IMG/VR virus record: IMGVR_UViG_3300032293_002041
Location: 62,001 to 126,000 of that record
Direction: 5' to 3' (one strand)
Length of the DNA stretch: 64,000 nucleotides
Position 1 is the first letter of the stretch. Each line of letters begins with the position of its first letter. This document shows positions 55,136-64,000 of the stretch, piece by piece. The translations under genes and the position numbers were made by a program. Under the pieces are notes generated by a model that was not told the DNA's origin, searched no databases, and saw only the letters and a program-made list of their open reading frames with translations.

Positions 55136-58100
55136 ATTCCACCTTATTAGCTTGGCAACATCCTTTATCATCATTACATTTTGACGCTCCGGTATTATAG
55201 CATGATGGAGCAATATCGCAATCAGTAGTTTTATAAGTAGAAGATAGTCTAATATTAGAATTAATACATGATGTCGCTCTTTCATTACATTTGATAGAAG
55301 TATCTACGCCTTTTAAAATATCTTGAATAGTTTTAGGTCTTCTATATTTATATGTATAATACGCTACTCTAACAGGTAATTCAACGCTGACTAATGCTGG
55401 ATCACCTAAAGTAGCCCTATAGTTAATTGCTGGGTATGTTATAATACCAAAACTTAGTTTACTACAAGTGCCTGGAACCACACCTTCAACTATATCATTT
55501 ATTTCATACTTATCTTTATTATTCTTACAAACAGCTATATTATTATAAGCTTGTTCCATGTTGGCTTCCCATTCTTTATTTAACTCGCCATTAGCTCCGG
55601 CTGAACCTTGCTCAAACTGTACTTCAGTTTCACACCCGGCAATAGCATGTTCTATATTTCCTCCTACAACAATTGCTGAAGCTTTGGAAATACAAGTATG
55701 CCATGGAAAAGAATCCGGTGCTGATTTTCCACATTGTCCTATTCCACATGTTGTTACAGTAAAACCATTACAGGCATTAGGATCTGGCAGCGTTCCACAA
55801 AATTGTTTAGCTACTGTTTGACATCCTCCGATTGGTGTCGGCCCATCTTGATTCGGATTTCCTTGTACTAAATACCCTAACACACATGTTCTAGTTTCTG
55901 TTATGATATCCCATGACGGATGCTGATTTATCATAGCTGCTTGATTAGGCTCAACCCCGCAGTCAGAACACTCGCTATTAATAGAATCAACTACACTAAA
56001 GCTATCATCTGGAACTGTTATCGTTATAGAAGGACAATCAGATCTTATTGAATTAGGAATACATTTTGATACTCCACCAGCTAAAGAAATTGTAAGATTA
56101 TTATTATCATAAGATATATTGCATAGTTGTGTAGAACATGAGGGTGAATATCTATTATATTGAATAGTTGTATTTTTATTATAAATATAGTAAGTTTCTG
56201 GATTAGAAATCTGACAAGACATCCAACCACACTGTTCTGTTATAGTTAGTTTATTTGAGGTTGTGGGACTCGCTCTCAAAGCAATATCGGATCGTGGAGG
56301 TATCGGATCTGTAATTATATTTGGATTAGACAAATAACCTACAAGTTTTCTCTTGTAGCCTTTTAATGTAATAGAATGTCTACAATATTCAAAGGTATAA
56401 TCAAAATCGGTATATTCATAATTTAATGATTTACAAGCACAGTCATTAATTTTGTCAGAACTTCTACAATACCCATATTCATAATTAGAACATTCACATG
56501 CGTCCGAAGTGCTGGTTGGAGATGGTGGCCAATCTCTATTTGCTAGATTATTAAATCGTTTTTTGTCTTCATCATCTAATAAAGTAAAACATGTCCCGCA
56601 AGTAGAAGATTCGTATCTGGGATTTAGTGGGAAAGTACCCACATCGGGTATTGTAGTAGATCTAATCATACTTTCTATGGGTCCACCATTTCTGAATGTT
56701 AAGTCATTATTGGGATTTGTAGACCCACCACGATTAACGCATCCCCTAAAGACTCCTCTAGCATAACCAGGAGAACTAACATCTATAGTAACTATTTTAG
56801 ACGATAATACTGTGCAGTTAGAAGCAATCGGATCAATTGGACCAACACCTCTGTTAGTACATTCTAGATAAGGGAAACTATTGGTATTAGCACAAGCATC
56901 ATGGTCCACAAAATAAATACTGGGTATATTTTGATCTCCTGGTGGAACGTTTGGATCAGTTGAACATATCGGTTTATAATATGGTGCTCCAAAGTTACAT
57001 TTTTTACCTTTAGGGTTATTTGAATCTGCCCAAAAAGGAAAACTAAAAGTTTCTATTTCGTTGGAACATCCAATAGTTTCGATCTCTGCTCTTATAATTT
57101 TATTAATTAAATTGAATGCTTTTTGTGGTCGCTCTTTGCATCTTCCTATTTCATTATATGTTTCCAGATTATTAGCTGGAGATAGTGGTTGTGTAGATAC
57201 TACTAAACTAGTATTTGTAATAGATTCTGAGTATATTATTGACTCTAAATCACTATGATTAGATATTGTCGCTATTGCCTTGATTTTGCCATCAGTCCTT
57301 ACGATTTTAATAGTAATTGATAAATTATTAATAGATATATCGACAACTTTACCTACTGCTAAAATACCATTAATGTTTATTGAGCCATTAATTTTTCTAT
57401 TTGAGGTATCAGCACTTATATCTAAGTCATATGGAATATTTTTGTATACATCTTTAGCTTCAATTTTAGGATAGGAATATCTTAAAAAATCTATAAGAGT
57501 TAATGGTTTTTCTGAATTATCAATTCTTTGTAGATTAATTTTCTGTTGTTCACCATATAAAAGCCTAAATAACATTTCATTAGCTAAAATATCAGTATTA
57601 TTGACAATACTAGTATGATCAGAAACTATGCTATTCGATAATAAAGATTGATATTCAGGATTTAATATGGAATATTTTTCTGTTGCTGGCCTTGGCCCAA
57701 CAGATGGATCACAATTTGACTCTGGATACAAAATATTGTTCGGCTGTAATTCAAATCTTTGAATATATTTAATGCCAGTATTACCAATAATATTATATAG
57801 TCCAGCATCATAAGATAACATGAAAGGAATATTATCCGGAATATTTTCGATATTTTTTTCTTTTTCTTTATTGATAGCATATTCTGCTTTTAATGTTGTC
57901 CAACCAACAGTATTAATGCCACACCTAAAACTACCACATCCGCTAACAGCATCTGTATCACAATATACTGGATATCTAGCAAAAATATCTCCAGTGAATG
58001 ATATAGTATTGAAGGAGTTAAAATCAAAAACATCTGTAAATGTAGTATTATTATAAGTTGGTACAGAAGCCCTAAATGTATTCCTGCACATTGATGTGTC

Positions 58101-61100
58101 TGGAGAAAGATTTCCTGATGAATTTAATGCTGATAATCTAAAAGGAGGATCATCTATTCTCAGAGTATTAGAATAAAAAGAACTATTGTTATTAATAGAT
58201 ATTGCTGATTTTAATTTATTATTTGTATTAAGATTAATCCAAAAATATCTAGTACTGTTTGTTGGTTTAAAAGACCCCCACGTATGATCTGATGCAAGAT
58301 TTTTATAAAGTCCACTAACTATTACTTTGCCTTGTAATAATTTATCTTGAGAAAATTTTTGCTGAATAATATCAGTTAATCTTGGTCTGAAGTCCTGAGT
58401 CTGCATTCCTGGGGCTGGAATAAAATTTAAATCTATCAAAGGTAAATAATTGTCCTGAGAGTGAAAATCTTTTTTAGTTAAATAGTTATCACTTCCAAGG
58501 TTATATTTTTGATGAATAGTATAATATACTAGACCAGTATAAGATACTGGAATGTTACTAGCGCTTTCTGGCTTAATAATATAGTTAAAAATGTTATAGT
58601 TATTATTATTAATAATTATCTTATTAAATAAATTATTATATTGCGATAATGGGTAATTATTATGAATAACGCTAGATGAATATATATAGTTACTTAATTC
58701 GCTATTAAGCTTATTATCAAAATCAATTAAATCTGCCCATTTAGTAGAAAAAAGAGGATTATGTAAAAAAGTATCTAGCTCTTTTTTAACTAGTGGATTA
58801 AAATTTCTATAAAGAATAAGAGAGTCCACTCCATTAGGGTTTGTATAGTCTTTATGTAATCTAGAAAAATCTAAATCAACATTATCATATTTTAATTTTC
58901 TATCTAATTTAAATCGAGTATATATTTTAATATATTGATCTGGATTGATAGAATTAAAAGATAGCATACGACCATACTTATCAGTATTATAGCAATAGAT
59001 AGACTTCTCTATAATTTTGGCAGTATGTTTTTGTTTATTGTTGTCTTTATTAATAACTGTTATTTCTTGATCACAAAAGAGTCTGGTTCCATAAATATAA
59101 TTAATTTTGTTTTTAAGAATATAATTAATATTCAGATCGCTAAAGTTTTGATATAGGTAATTATAATCTGTTAATTGATAAGAAGATAGAGAGATTTTGT
59201 TTCCTCCAAGATATCTCCATCTATCTCCATTACTTAATAAAACCACTGGTCTACTATCCACATCAATTAAAGCTTGTTCATCTTCGCTAAGAGATTCAAT
59301 AGAGTCGTGTATGGAAACAACAGGATTATCTTTTTCTGAAACATAAAAATATGATCTAGGACCTTCAACGTTTACAATATCCGGTTTGTTTGGGTCTATG
59401 TGAGCTGACACAAGACATAACGGATATGTGTCGATGTTGTAGTCTAGAACACTCATTCCTGTGGGCTTATGGTTATACAGGAAATCGAATTCTATGGGTT
59501 CTTTAGGAGCAGATGGTAACCACGGGCCTTGTAAATAGCTTTTTTCTTCTGAAGATAAATATTCAAACATAAAAGGCTCGCCAATATATCGATTTTCTTT
59601 ATTAAAAAACCCAAAAGTATTGGGGTTATCATACAAATACCATCCATCTTGTAATTGTAGATATAGTCTTAATTTTCTATGGTCCGATGAACCACCAACT
59701 TGAGTAAGTATTCTTTCAATATCGCTATTTAATTCTCCAATTAAAACTAATCCACTTGGATATAGTGCTTCTGGTCTGAATTTATCTTTTTCATAGTCTA
59801 TATAATAAGAGTGCGACTGCGAATCCTTATATATTGGAGTCAAATTATGGTATTTGTTTTCGAAAGAAAGTCCACTATTAGGATGAAAAAATCCTTTCCT
59901 TAAATTCCCTAATTGAGTATATGAAGGGATAGAAAAGTTTAGAATTTGTTTTCTCGGCACTCGGCTAAATTTAATAGGTACTGAACTAATCTCATCGCCC
60001 CGTGTGCTAAAAATATTGTTAGTTTCACAGATAGTCCCTGTTGGCGGATATAGATAAAATTCATCTCCCAATAATCCTTCTAGATAAGGATTGTTCAGGC
60101 CTATACTAACGCTAGAAGACGAACCCCCTCCTTTACCAATAAATACTTTTTTCTGTTGATCGTACATGGTAATATTATCATTTAAATTTACTTTAGTAGC
60201 AAATCTTTGAAACCCTAAATTAGGAGTAGCTATTAATTCTCCAGTCTCAGAATCTGTACTAAAATTATTAGTTTTAAATAAATTTACACCCTCAAGCACT
60301 TCAGCCCAAACATCTGCATGGGTAGTATTGTAAGAAGGCAAAGTTACTGTCCAATTAGTAGAAGCATAATTATTTAATGTAATAGTAACAGATTTCTCGC
60401 ATCCATAGGGATTCAATGGATCAATTTTAGCATTCACAGATGACAATAGAGAGTTAGCTGTTGGATGGTTTGGTATTATATTAGATGTAATAGACGACAA
60501 TCTATTTCTAAGAGTTTCTAATTCCTCAGAAAGGCCTCTTAATCGACTTTGTAATAATTCTAAATCATCTAAGTTAGTGATAGAAATAATTTGCTCATTA
60601 ATTACTAAAATTTCTGATTCTTTTCTAGATATATCTTCTAAAATTTTAGAACCACCAAATAGTTCTGCTAATTTATTTAAAGAATAGCCTCCATATGCTT
60701 TTAATCTTGGGCTATTTTGTGTAGAAAGTGCTGGAGTATATAATACTTTATCCTGATTAGTATATGTAATAGAGGTTGATGAGCTACATCGATATGGATA
60801 ATCAGTTACATTGCTTAAGTTAAAACATTTGCAACTATCTTTAATTGGAAAAGCTTTGCAGGAATAACTATCCTCCGCTGGGCCTCTAATCTTTTCAATA
60901 GAAATATTATATATTTTTATTCCAACGTCCCTAGTATTAAAGGTAAGAGACAATTGACCTCCATTAATACCACTAAATAAAGACGTAGTATTATTTACAA
61001 ATACTGTACTACCGCTAATTGCTCCAAGAGGACTACAAGTATAATAAATTCCACCCTGACTATGAAATGCTAATCTATCAATATGGGGATTGAAAGCAGC

Positions 61101-63278
61101 TGCTGGATAAGATCTTTTAAAGTATAGTGTTCCATCTACTATGCTTCTAGCCGGTCTATCTCCAGTAATATTGCCACCCTCGCTATTATTATAGAATCTC
61201 GCTAATTGCTCATCACACCAACTAAGATTTCCATTATAGTTTTTACAGATATTATCACTATCGACAATGGATAACTTATAAGTACTATCGCTACCACAAA
61301 CAGTGCAGCTTCCTGTGTTACTGGCAGAGCTAATTCTAGGATAGTTATCTTGATAAACAGAACATCCGCTATTATAAATTATTTCTTTAATTAAACTATT
61401 ATTTAGATAGGCCGACGCTGTTTTTGCCGACTTTGTTTTAGTCATAGTATTACCAGAACAACTTGCGTTATATCTAGTGTATGTATCAGTTACAGTACTA
61501 AAATTAATATTACCTAATGAAAATGCTTGATTATATACAAAAGATTTACGACTAATATTATCTAGACACTCTGTAGTTGGTAAGCAAGAAGAGTTGTCAC
61601 GAAATATTGTTTCGTCTTTATTTAAGACCACGTCGAATTCTAAATCAACCAAACACTGATTTTTAATATTATTTTTGAGCCTTATATTAGTAGTCTGATT
61701 TGGAGAACACCATAAATAAGCTCCATACTTATCTGCTAAAGTATTTACTAGATCTTCTTTGTTGCTAATAAAATTAAGTTTAGATACTGATCCTATTGGA
61801 CTCGTAGTCATATCTTTATTAAAACCAGAAATTTGAAGATATGAATTAATAGTATATTTATATGAACTATTTCTTTTATGTAAATCTAATGTTATATTAT
61901 CATATTGTGGAGCAGTACTTAATAAGGCGGCTAAATCAAATCTTTGCTTTATTGTCATATTTCCACTATCCATGACGTTAGCTTTTTCTATTTTATCATA
62001 TAGCTCTATAAATCTATCATAAATATTGCTGGAAATATAAGTAAAATGAGAACCACTTGGAATTACTCCGGTCACAGAATTATTCTTTAATACCTTGAGC
62101 CCTGATGGACATGGCTTTATACTCATACTACTATCATAAGCCACAGTTAAAGGTTCTGGACCATCATTAGTGGCAAAAAAAACATCTCCAGGAGATATAT
62201 ATAAATCAACATTTTTAATCGGCCTAGCATCTCCTGATGCTTGTATTACATTTCCCGATCCTGATAAGGCCACATTAAAATATCTATACCAGCACAATAC
62301 TCCAGAACTATAATTCCATTTCCAATGAGATCCTATCCTATCATTATGTATAAAGATATTATCATACGTATTTTTAGAAAACCCATAAGGAGGAGTAAAA
62401 TCAGATACTGATGGCAATAATTTATCTTTAGTTAATGTTACTCTAGTTTGATCAATATCTCCTATTAATCCTGAGAATATTGGATAGTATGGATGTATGC
62501 CAGTCGTTGTTGGGTTGATTTGGGTTAGAATAAAGTTTCCACAAGTTCTACTAGTATTAAGAGATTTATTATAAGATTTATTATGTTGATCTATATTAAT
62601 ATGCTGAGAAGTCATCTCGTCATATGGTATTTCTGATATTGTTTCTTTTAATACCCAATCAATGAATAGTGGTGGACAAGTTTCAAAACTCTGTAATCTA
62701 TCAGCAGGTAGTGTCACAAAACTTTCAAATCCTAGTCCTGGATTATTTGTGGCAGGAAATTGTTTTGTATATTTATGATCGTGGAAGGATGTTAAATAAT
62801 TTTGATTAATAACTGGTATTTTTGGTAAGTAATCATCTATTTTCATCCTGGTGTCGCAAGCTCCATTACAACAATCAGCAATAATATTAGCGGGCACTAA
62901 ACCATTATCTGACTGCAATTGCCTAGTATTCCCATCGCTGTCTCTTAGTTGCCATGATGTGGTGTATCCCGACGGAGACAACATTGAACAATATTCACAA
63001 TTAACTGTTGGATCTGATTCTATTTCAGAATAATCTTTGGTGGTATCTGGAACACAGTTAAGTGGATCAAAAGATTTTTGAACTTGACTATTCGCCCTTA
63101 TTAAAGGATCAACATAAACAGTATTTGATAAATTAGATCCAATAATAATTGGCATCCATTGACCACTAATAGCAGGATCAAAAGCTGGTATTAATCCACT
63201 TAATCTAGATAAATTAATATTTACTTGATTATAGTCTATATCAAATAAAAATGGTTTTTTATATATGCTACATCCCAT
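55128..63278 (-). CDS. Giant 2716-aa Cys-rich protein (putative virion/tail protein)
   Basis: Single 8.1-kb ORF; beta-rich with dense Cys at both ends and an internal coiled coil. Confidence 0.7.
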   Translation of the reverse strand: MGCSIYKKPFLFDIDYNQVNINLSRLSGLIPAFDPAISGQWMPIIIGSNLSNTVYVDPLIRANSQVQKSFDPLNCVPDTTKDYSEIESDPTVNCEYCSMLSPSGYTTSWQLRDSDGNTRQLQSDNGLVPANIIADCCNGACDTRMKIDDYLPKIPVINQNYLTSFHDHKYTKQFPATNNPGLGFESFVTLPADRLQSFETCPPLFIDWVLKETISEIPYDEMTSQHINIDQHNKSYNKSLNTSRTCGNFILTQINPTTTGIHPYYPIFSGLIGDIDQTRVTLTKDKLLPSVSDFTPPYGFSKNTYDNIFIHNDRIGSHWKWNYSSGVLCWYRYFNVALSGSGNVIQASGDARPIKNVDLYISPGDVFFATNDGPEPLTVAYDSSMSIKPCPSGLKVLKNNSVTGVIPSGSHFTYISSNIYDRFIELYDKIEKANVMDSGNMTIKQRFDLAALLSTAPQYDNITLDLHKRNSSYKYTINSYLQISGFNKDMTTSPIGSVSKLNFISNKEDLVNTLADKYGAYLWCSPNQTTNIRLKNNIKNQCLVDLEFDVVLNKDETIFRDNSSCLPTTECLDNISRKSFVYNQAFSLGNINFSTVTDTYTRYNASCSGNTMTKTKSAKTASAYLNNSLIKEIIYNSGCSVYQDNYPRISSASNTGSCTVCGSDSTYKLSIVDSDNICKNYNGNLSWCDEQLARFYNNSEGGNITGDRPARSIVDGTLYFKRSYPAAAFNPHIDRLAFHSQGGIYYTCSPLGAISGSTVFVNNTTSLFSGINGGQLSLTFNTRDVGIKIYNISIEKIRGPAEDSYSCKAFPIKDSCKCFNLSNVTDYPYRCSSSTSITYTNQDKVLYTPALSTQNSPRLKAYGGYSLNKLAELFGGSKILEDISRKESEILVINEQIISITNLDDLELLQSRLRGLSEELETLRNRLSSITSNIIPNHPTANSLLSSVNAKIDPLNPYGCEKSVTITLNNYASTNWTVTLPSYNTTHADVWAEVLEGVNLFKTNNFSTDSETGELIATPNLGFQRFATKVNLNDNITMYDQQKKVFIGKGGGSSSSVSIGLNNPYLEGLLGDEFYLYPPTGTICETNNIFSTRGDEISSVPIKFSRVPRKQILNFSIPSYTQLGNLRKGFFHPNSGLSFENKYHNLTPIYKDSQSHSYYIDYEKDKFRPEALYPSGLVLIGELNSDIERILTQVGGSSDHRKLRLYLQLQDGWYLYDNPNTFGFFNKENRYIGEPFMFEYLSSEEKSYLQGPWLPSAPKEPIEFDFLYNHKPTGMSVLDYNIDTYPLCLVSAHIDPNKPDIVNVEGPRSYFYVSEKDNPVVSIHDSIESLSEDEQALIDVDSRPVVLLSNGDRWRYLGGNKISLSSYQLTDYNYLYQNFSDLNINYILKNKINYIYGTRLFCDQEITVINKDNNKQKHTAKIIEKSIYCYNTDKYGRMLSFNSINPDQYIKIYTRFKLDRKLKYDNVDLDFSRLHKDYTNPNGVDSLILYRNFNPLVKKELDTFLHNPLFSTKWADLIDFDNKLNSELSNYIYSSSVIHNNYPLSQYNNLFNKIIINNNNYNIFNYIIKPESASNIPVSYTGLVYYTIHQKYNLGSDNYLTKKDFHSQDNYLPLIDLNFIPAPGMQTQDFRPRLTDIIQQKFSQDKLLQGKVIVSGLYKNLASDHTWGSFKPTNSTRYFWINLNTNNKLKSAISINNNSSFYSNTLRIDDPPFRLSALNSSGNLSPDTSMCRNTFRASVPTYNNTTFTDVFDFNSFNTISFTGDIFARYPVYCDTDAVSGCGSFRCGINTVGWTTLKAEYAINKEKEKNIENIPDNIPFMLSYDAGLYNIIGNTGIKYIQRFELQPNNILYPESNCDPSVGPRPATEKYSILNPEYQSLLSNSIVSDHTSIVNNTDILANEMLFRLLYGEQQKINLQRIDNSEKPLTLIDFLRYSYPKIEAKDVYKNIPYDLDISADTSNRKINGSININGILAVGKVVDISINNLSITIKIVRTDGKIKAIATISNHSDLESIIYSESITNTSLVVSTQPLSPANNLETYNEIGRCKERPQKAFNLINKIIRAEIETIGCSNEIETFSFPFWADSNNPKGKKCNFGAPYYKPICSTDPNVPPGDQNIPSIYFVDHDACANTNSFPYLECTNRGVGPIDPIASNCTVLSSKIVTIDVSSPGYARGVFRGCVNRGGSTNPNNDLTFRNGGPIESMIRSTTIPDVGTFPLNPRYESSTCGTCFTLLDDEDKKRFNNLANRDWPPSPTSTSDACECSNYEYGYCRSSDKINDCACKSLNYEYTDFDYTFEYCRHSITLKGYKRKLVGYLSNPNIITDPIPPRSDIALRASPTTSNKLTITEQCGWMSCQISNPETYYIYNKNTTIQYNRYSPSCSTQLCNISYDNNNLTISLAGGVSKCIPNSIRSDCPSITITVPDDSFSVVDSINSECSDCGVEPNQAAMINQHPSWDIITETRTCVLGYLVQGNPNQDGPTPIGGCQTVAKQFCGTLPDPNACNGFTVTTCGIGQCGKSAPDSFPWHTCISKASAIVVGGNIEHAIAGCETEVQFEQGSAGANGELNKEWEANMEQAYNNIAVCKNNKDKYEINDIVEGVVPGTCSKLSFGIITYPAINYRATLGDPALVSVELPVRVAYYTYKYRRPKTIQDILKGVDTSIKCNERATSCINSNIRLSSTYKTTDCDIAPSCYNTGASKCNDDKGCCQANKVEYA

Positions 63279-63280
63279 AA

Positions 63281-64000
63281 TTAAGACCTAACTGATTGTA
63301 ATATCCAATCTGTGCCCATAAAAATGAATAATCCAATGTCTCCATTTGCTACATTAAAACTTAACGGATTTTTATATGCGCTACTATATTTAGTATTTTT
63401 AGAATCATTAAGCTTATATATCTCTGCTGCTGTTGCATTTTGTATAATACCGGAAGTAACATATGGTCGATTATAAATTGGTTCATAAAATCCATTATCA
63501 CTATCGTATTTACAATATATTTGAGCTCCTCTTGGGGCTGGACTAATTCCTAATGAATCTTTAACATAAACTAATTTCCTTAATCCACTTGGTAATACAT
63601 CGTTTGAGGAGTCTTCAACCATTACTCCTCTGATGGGCGTGTCGGCTATTAAATCAGTTTCTATTTTAATCCAAACTGGTTTATAATTAGCTCCAACGGT
63701 CCATAATCTTGCTTTTTCGTCCCATCGCAAATCAATTGGTCCTACTGGCCATGTTCCTGGTAGTTGACCCCAACCCTTATAGAAAGTATTCTCTTTGTAG
63801 GGTTTTGTCCATGTTCCATCTACTTTTTGAGTTTGATTTCTATATATTAGTCCTGTGGTAGCAGATCCTTCTGTAACCCCCAATACAGTGTTTCCATTTT
63901 GTATTAGTGGTTCACCAGAAGCGTTTGGTACAGGATAGCCTTCTAGGTCATAACCCCAAGCATGAACCATAAGAGGACCACGCAAACCAAAAAATCTTAC
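63281..64000 (-). CDS. Putative structural/tail protein, 5'-truncated
   Basis: Frame runs to the window end; LRGPLMVHAWGYD..G.P and WPVGPIDLRWD. Confidence 0.6.
   Translation of the reverse strand, partial: VRFFGLRGPLMVHAWGYDLEGYPVPNASGEPLIQNGNTVLGVTEGSATTGLIYRNQTQKVDGTWTKPYKENTFYKGWGQLPGTWPVGPIDLRWDEKARLWTVGANYKPVWIKIETDLIADTPIRGVMVEDSSNDVLPSGLRKLVYVKDSLGISPAPRGAQIYCKYDSDNGFYEPIYNRPYVTSGIIQNATAAEIYKLNDSKNTKYSSAYKNPLSFNVANGDIGLFIFMGTDWILQSVRS

Noticed and set aside
127-63033. Short antisense or alternate-frame ORFs in the track (e.g. 127..342, 1802..2134, 28324..28548, 36959..38044, 55558..58056)
   Set aside because: They lie within well-supported genes, lack motifs and are expected shadow ORFs.
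1-64000. Alternative genetic code, tRNAs, reverse transcriptase or diversity-generating retroelement
   Set aside because: Conserved genes read full length in code 11 with all three stops used; no tRNA-like or RT motifs were seen by eye.

Overview
AT-rich, densely coded segment of a large dsDNA tailed phage genome using the standard genetic code. No tRNA, rRNA or CRISPR array was seen. A Planctomycetota host is my inference from accessory proteins and is not proven. Layout: (1) 1-8 kb, auxiliary genes: SET-domain protein, GMP reductase, GT4, bacterioferritin-like, PAP2, phage sigma factor, ClpP-like, DeoC-like. (2) 8-18.8 kb, virion/membrane block: holin-like genes, an intact papain-like (C1) peptidase, a nucleophile-less Cys-rich paralog and a 970-aa Asn/Ser/Gly beta-solenoid. 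(3) 18.8-27.4 kb, glycan island: GT2, GT4, GT9, methyltransferases and an inverted nucleotide-heptose cassette. (4) 27.5-45.8 kb, nucleotide metabolism and replication: class II RNR, dUTPase, PhoH, HNH, RecA with a class-3 intein, DnaB, DnaG, dNMP kinase, Cas4/RecB-like nuclease, DnaE split into two genes around a DnaQ-like exonuclease, SSB. (5) 45.8-54.7 kb, second and partly degenerate glycosyltransferase cluster, plus endonuclease and recombination genes. (6) 54.7-64 kb, minus-strand block with a 2716-aa Cys-rich protein. Best leads: the intein-free split DnaE; the Glu1 class-3 intein; a possible virion glycosylation (heptosylation) system acting on Ser-Gly-rich structural proteins; a recurrent GGTGTATW promoter-like motif; a protease-based lysis-like cassette; and several intact ORFs that have lost their catalytic residues. 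All family calls are from motif recognition by eye; no searches were run.
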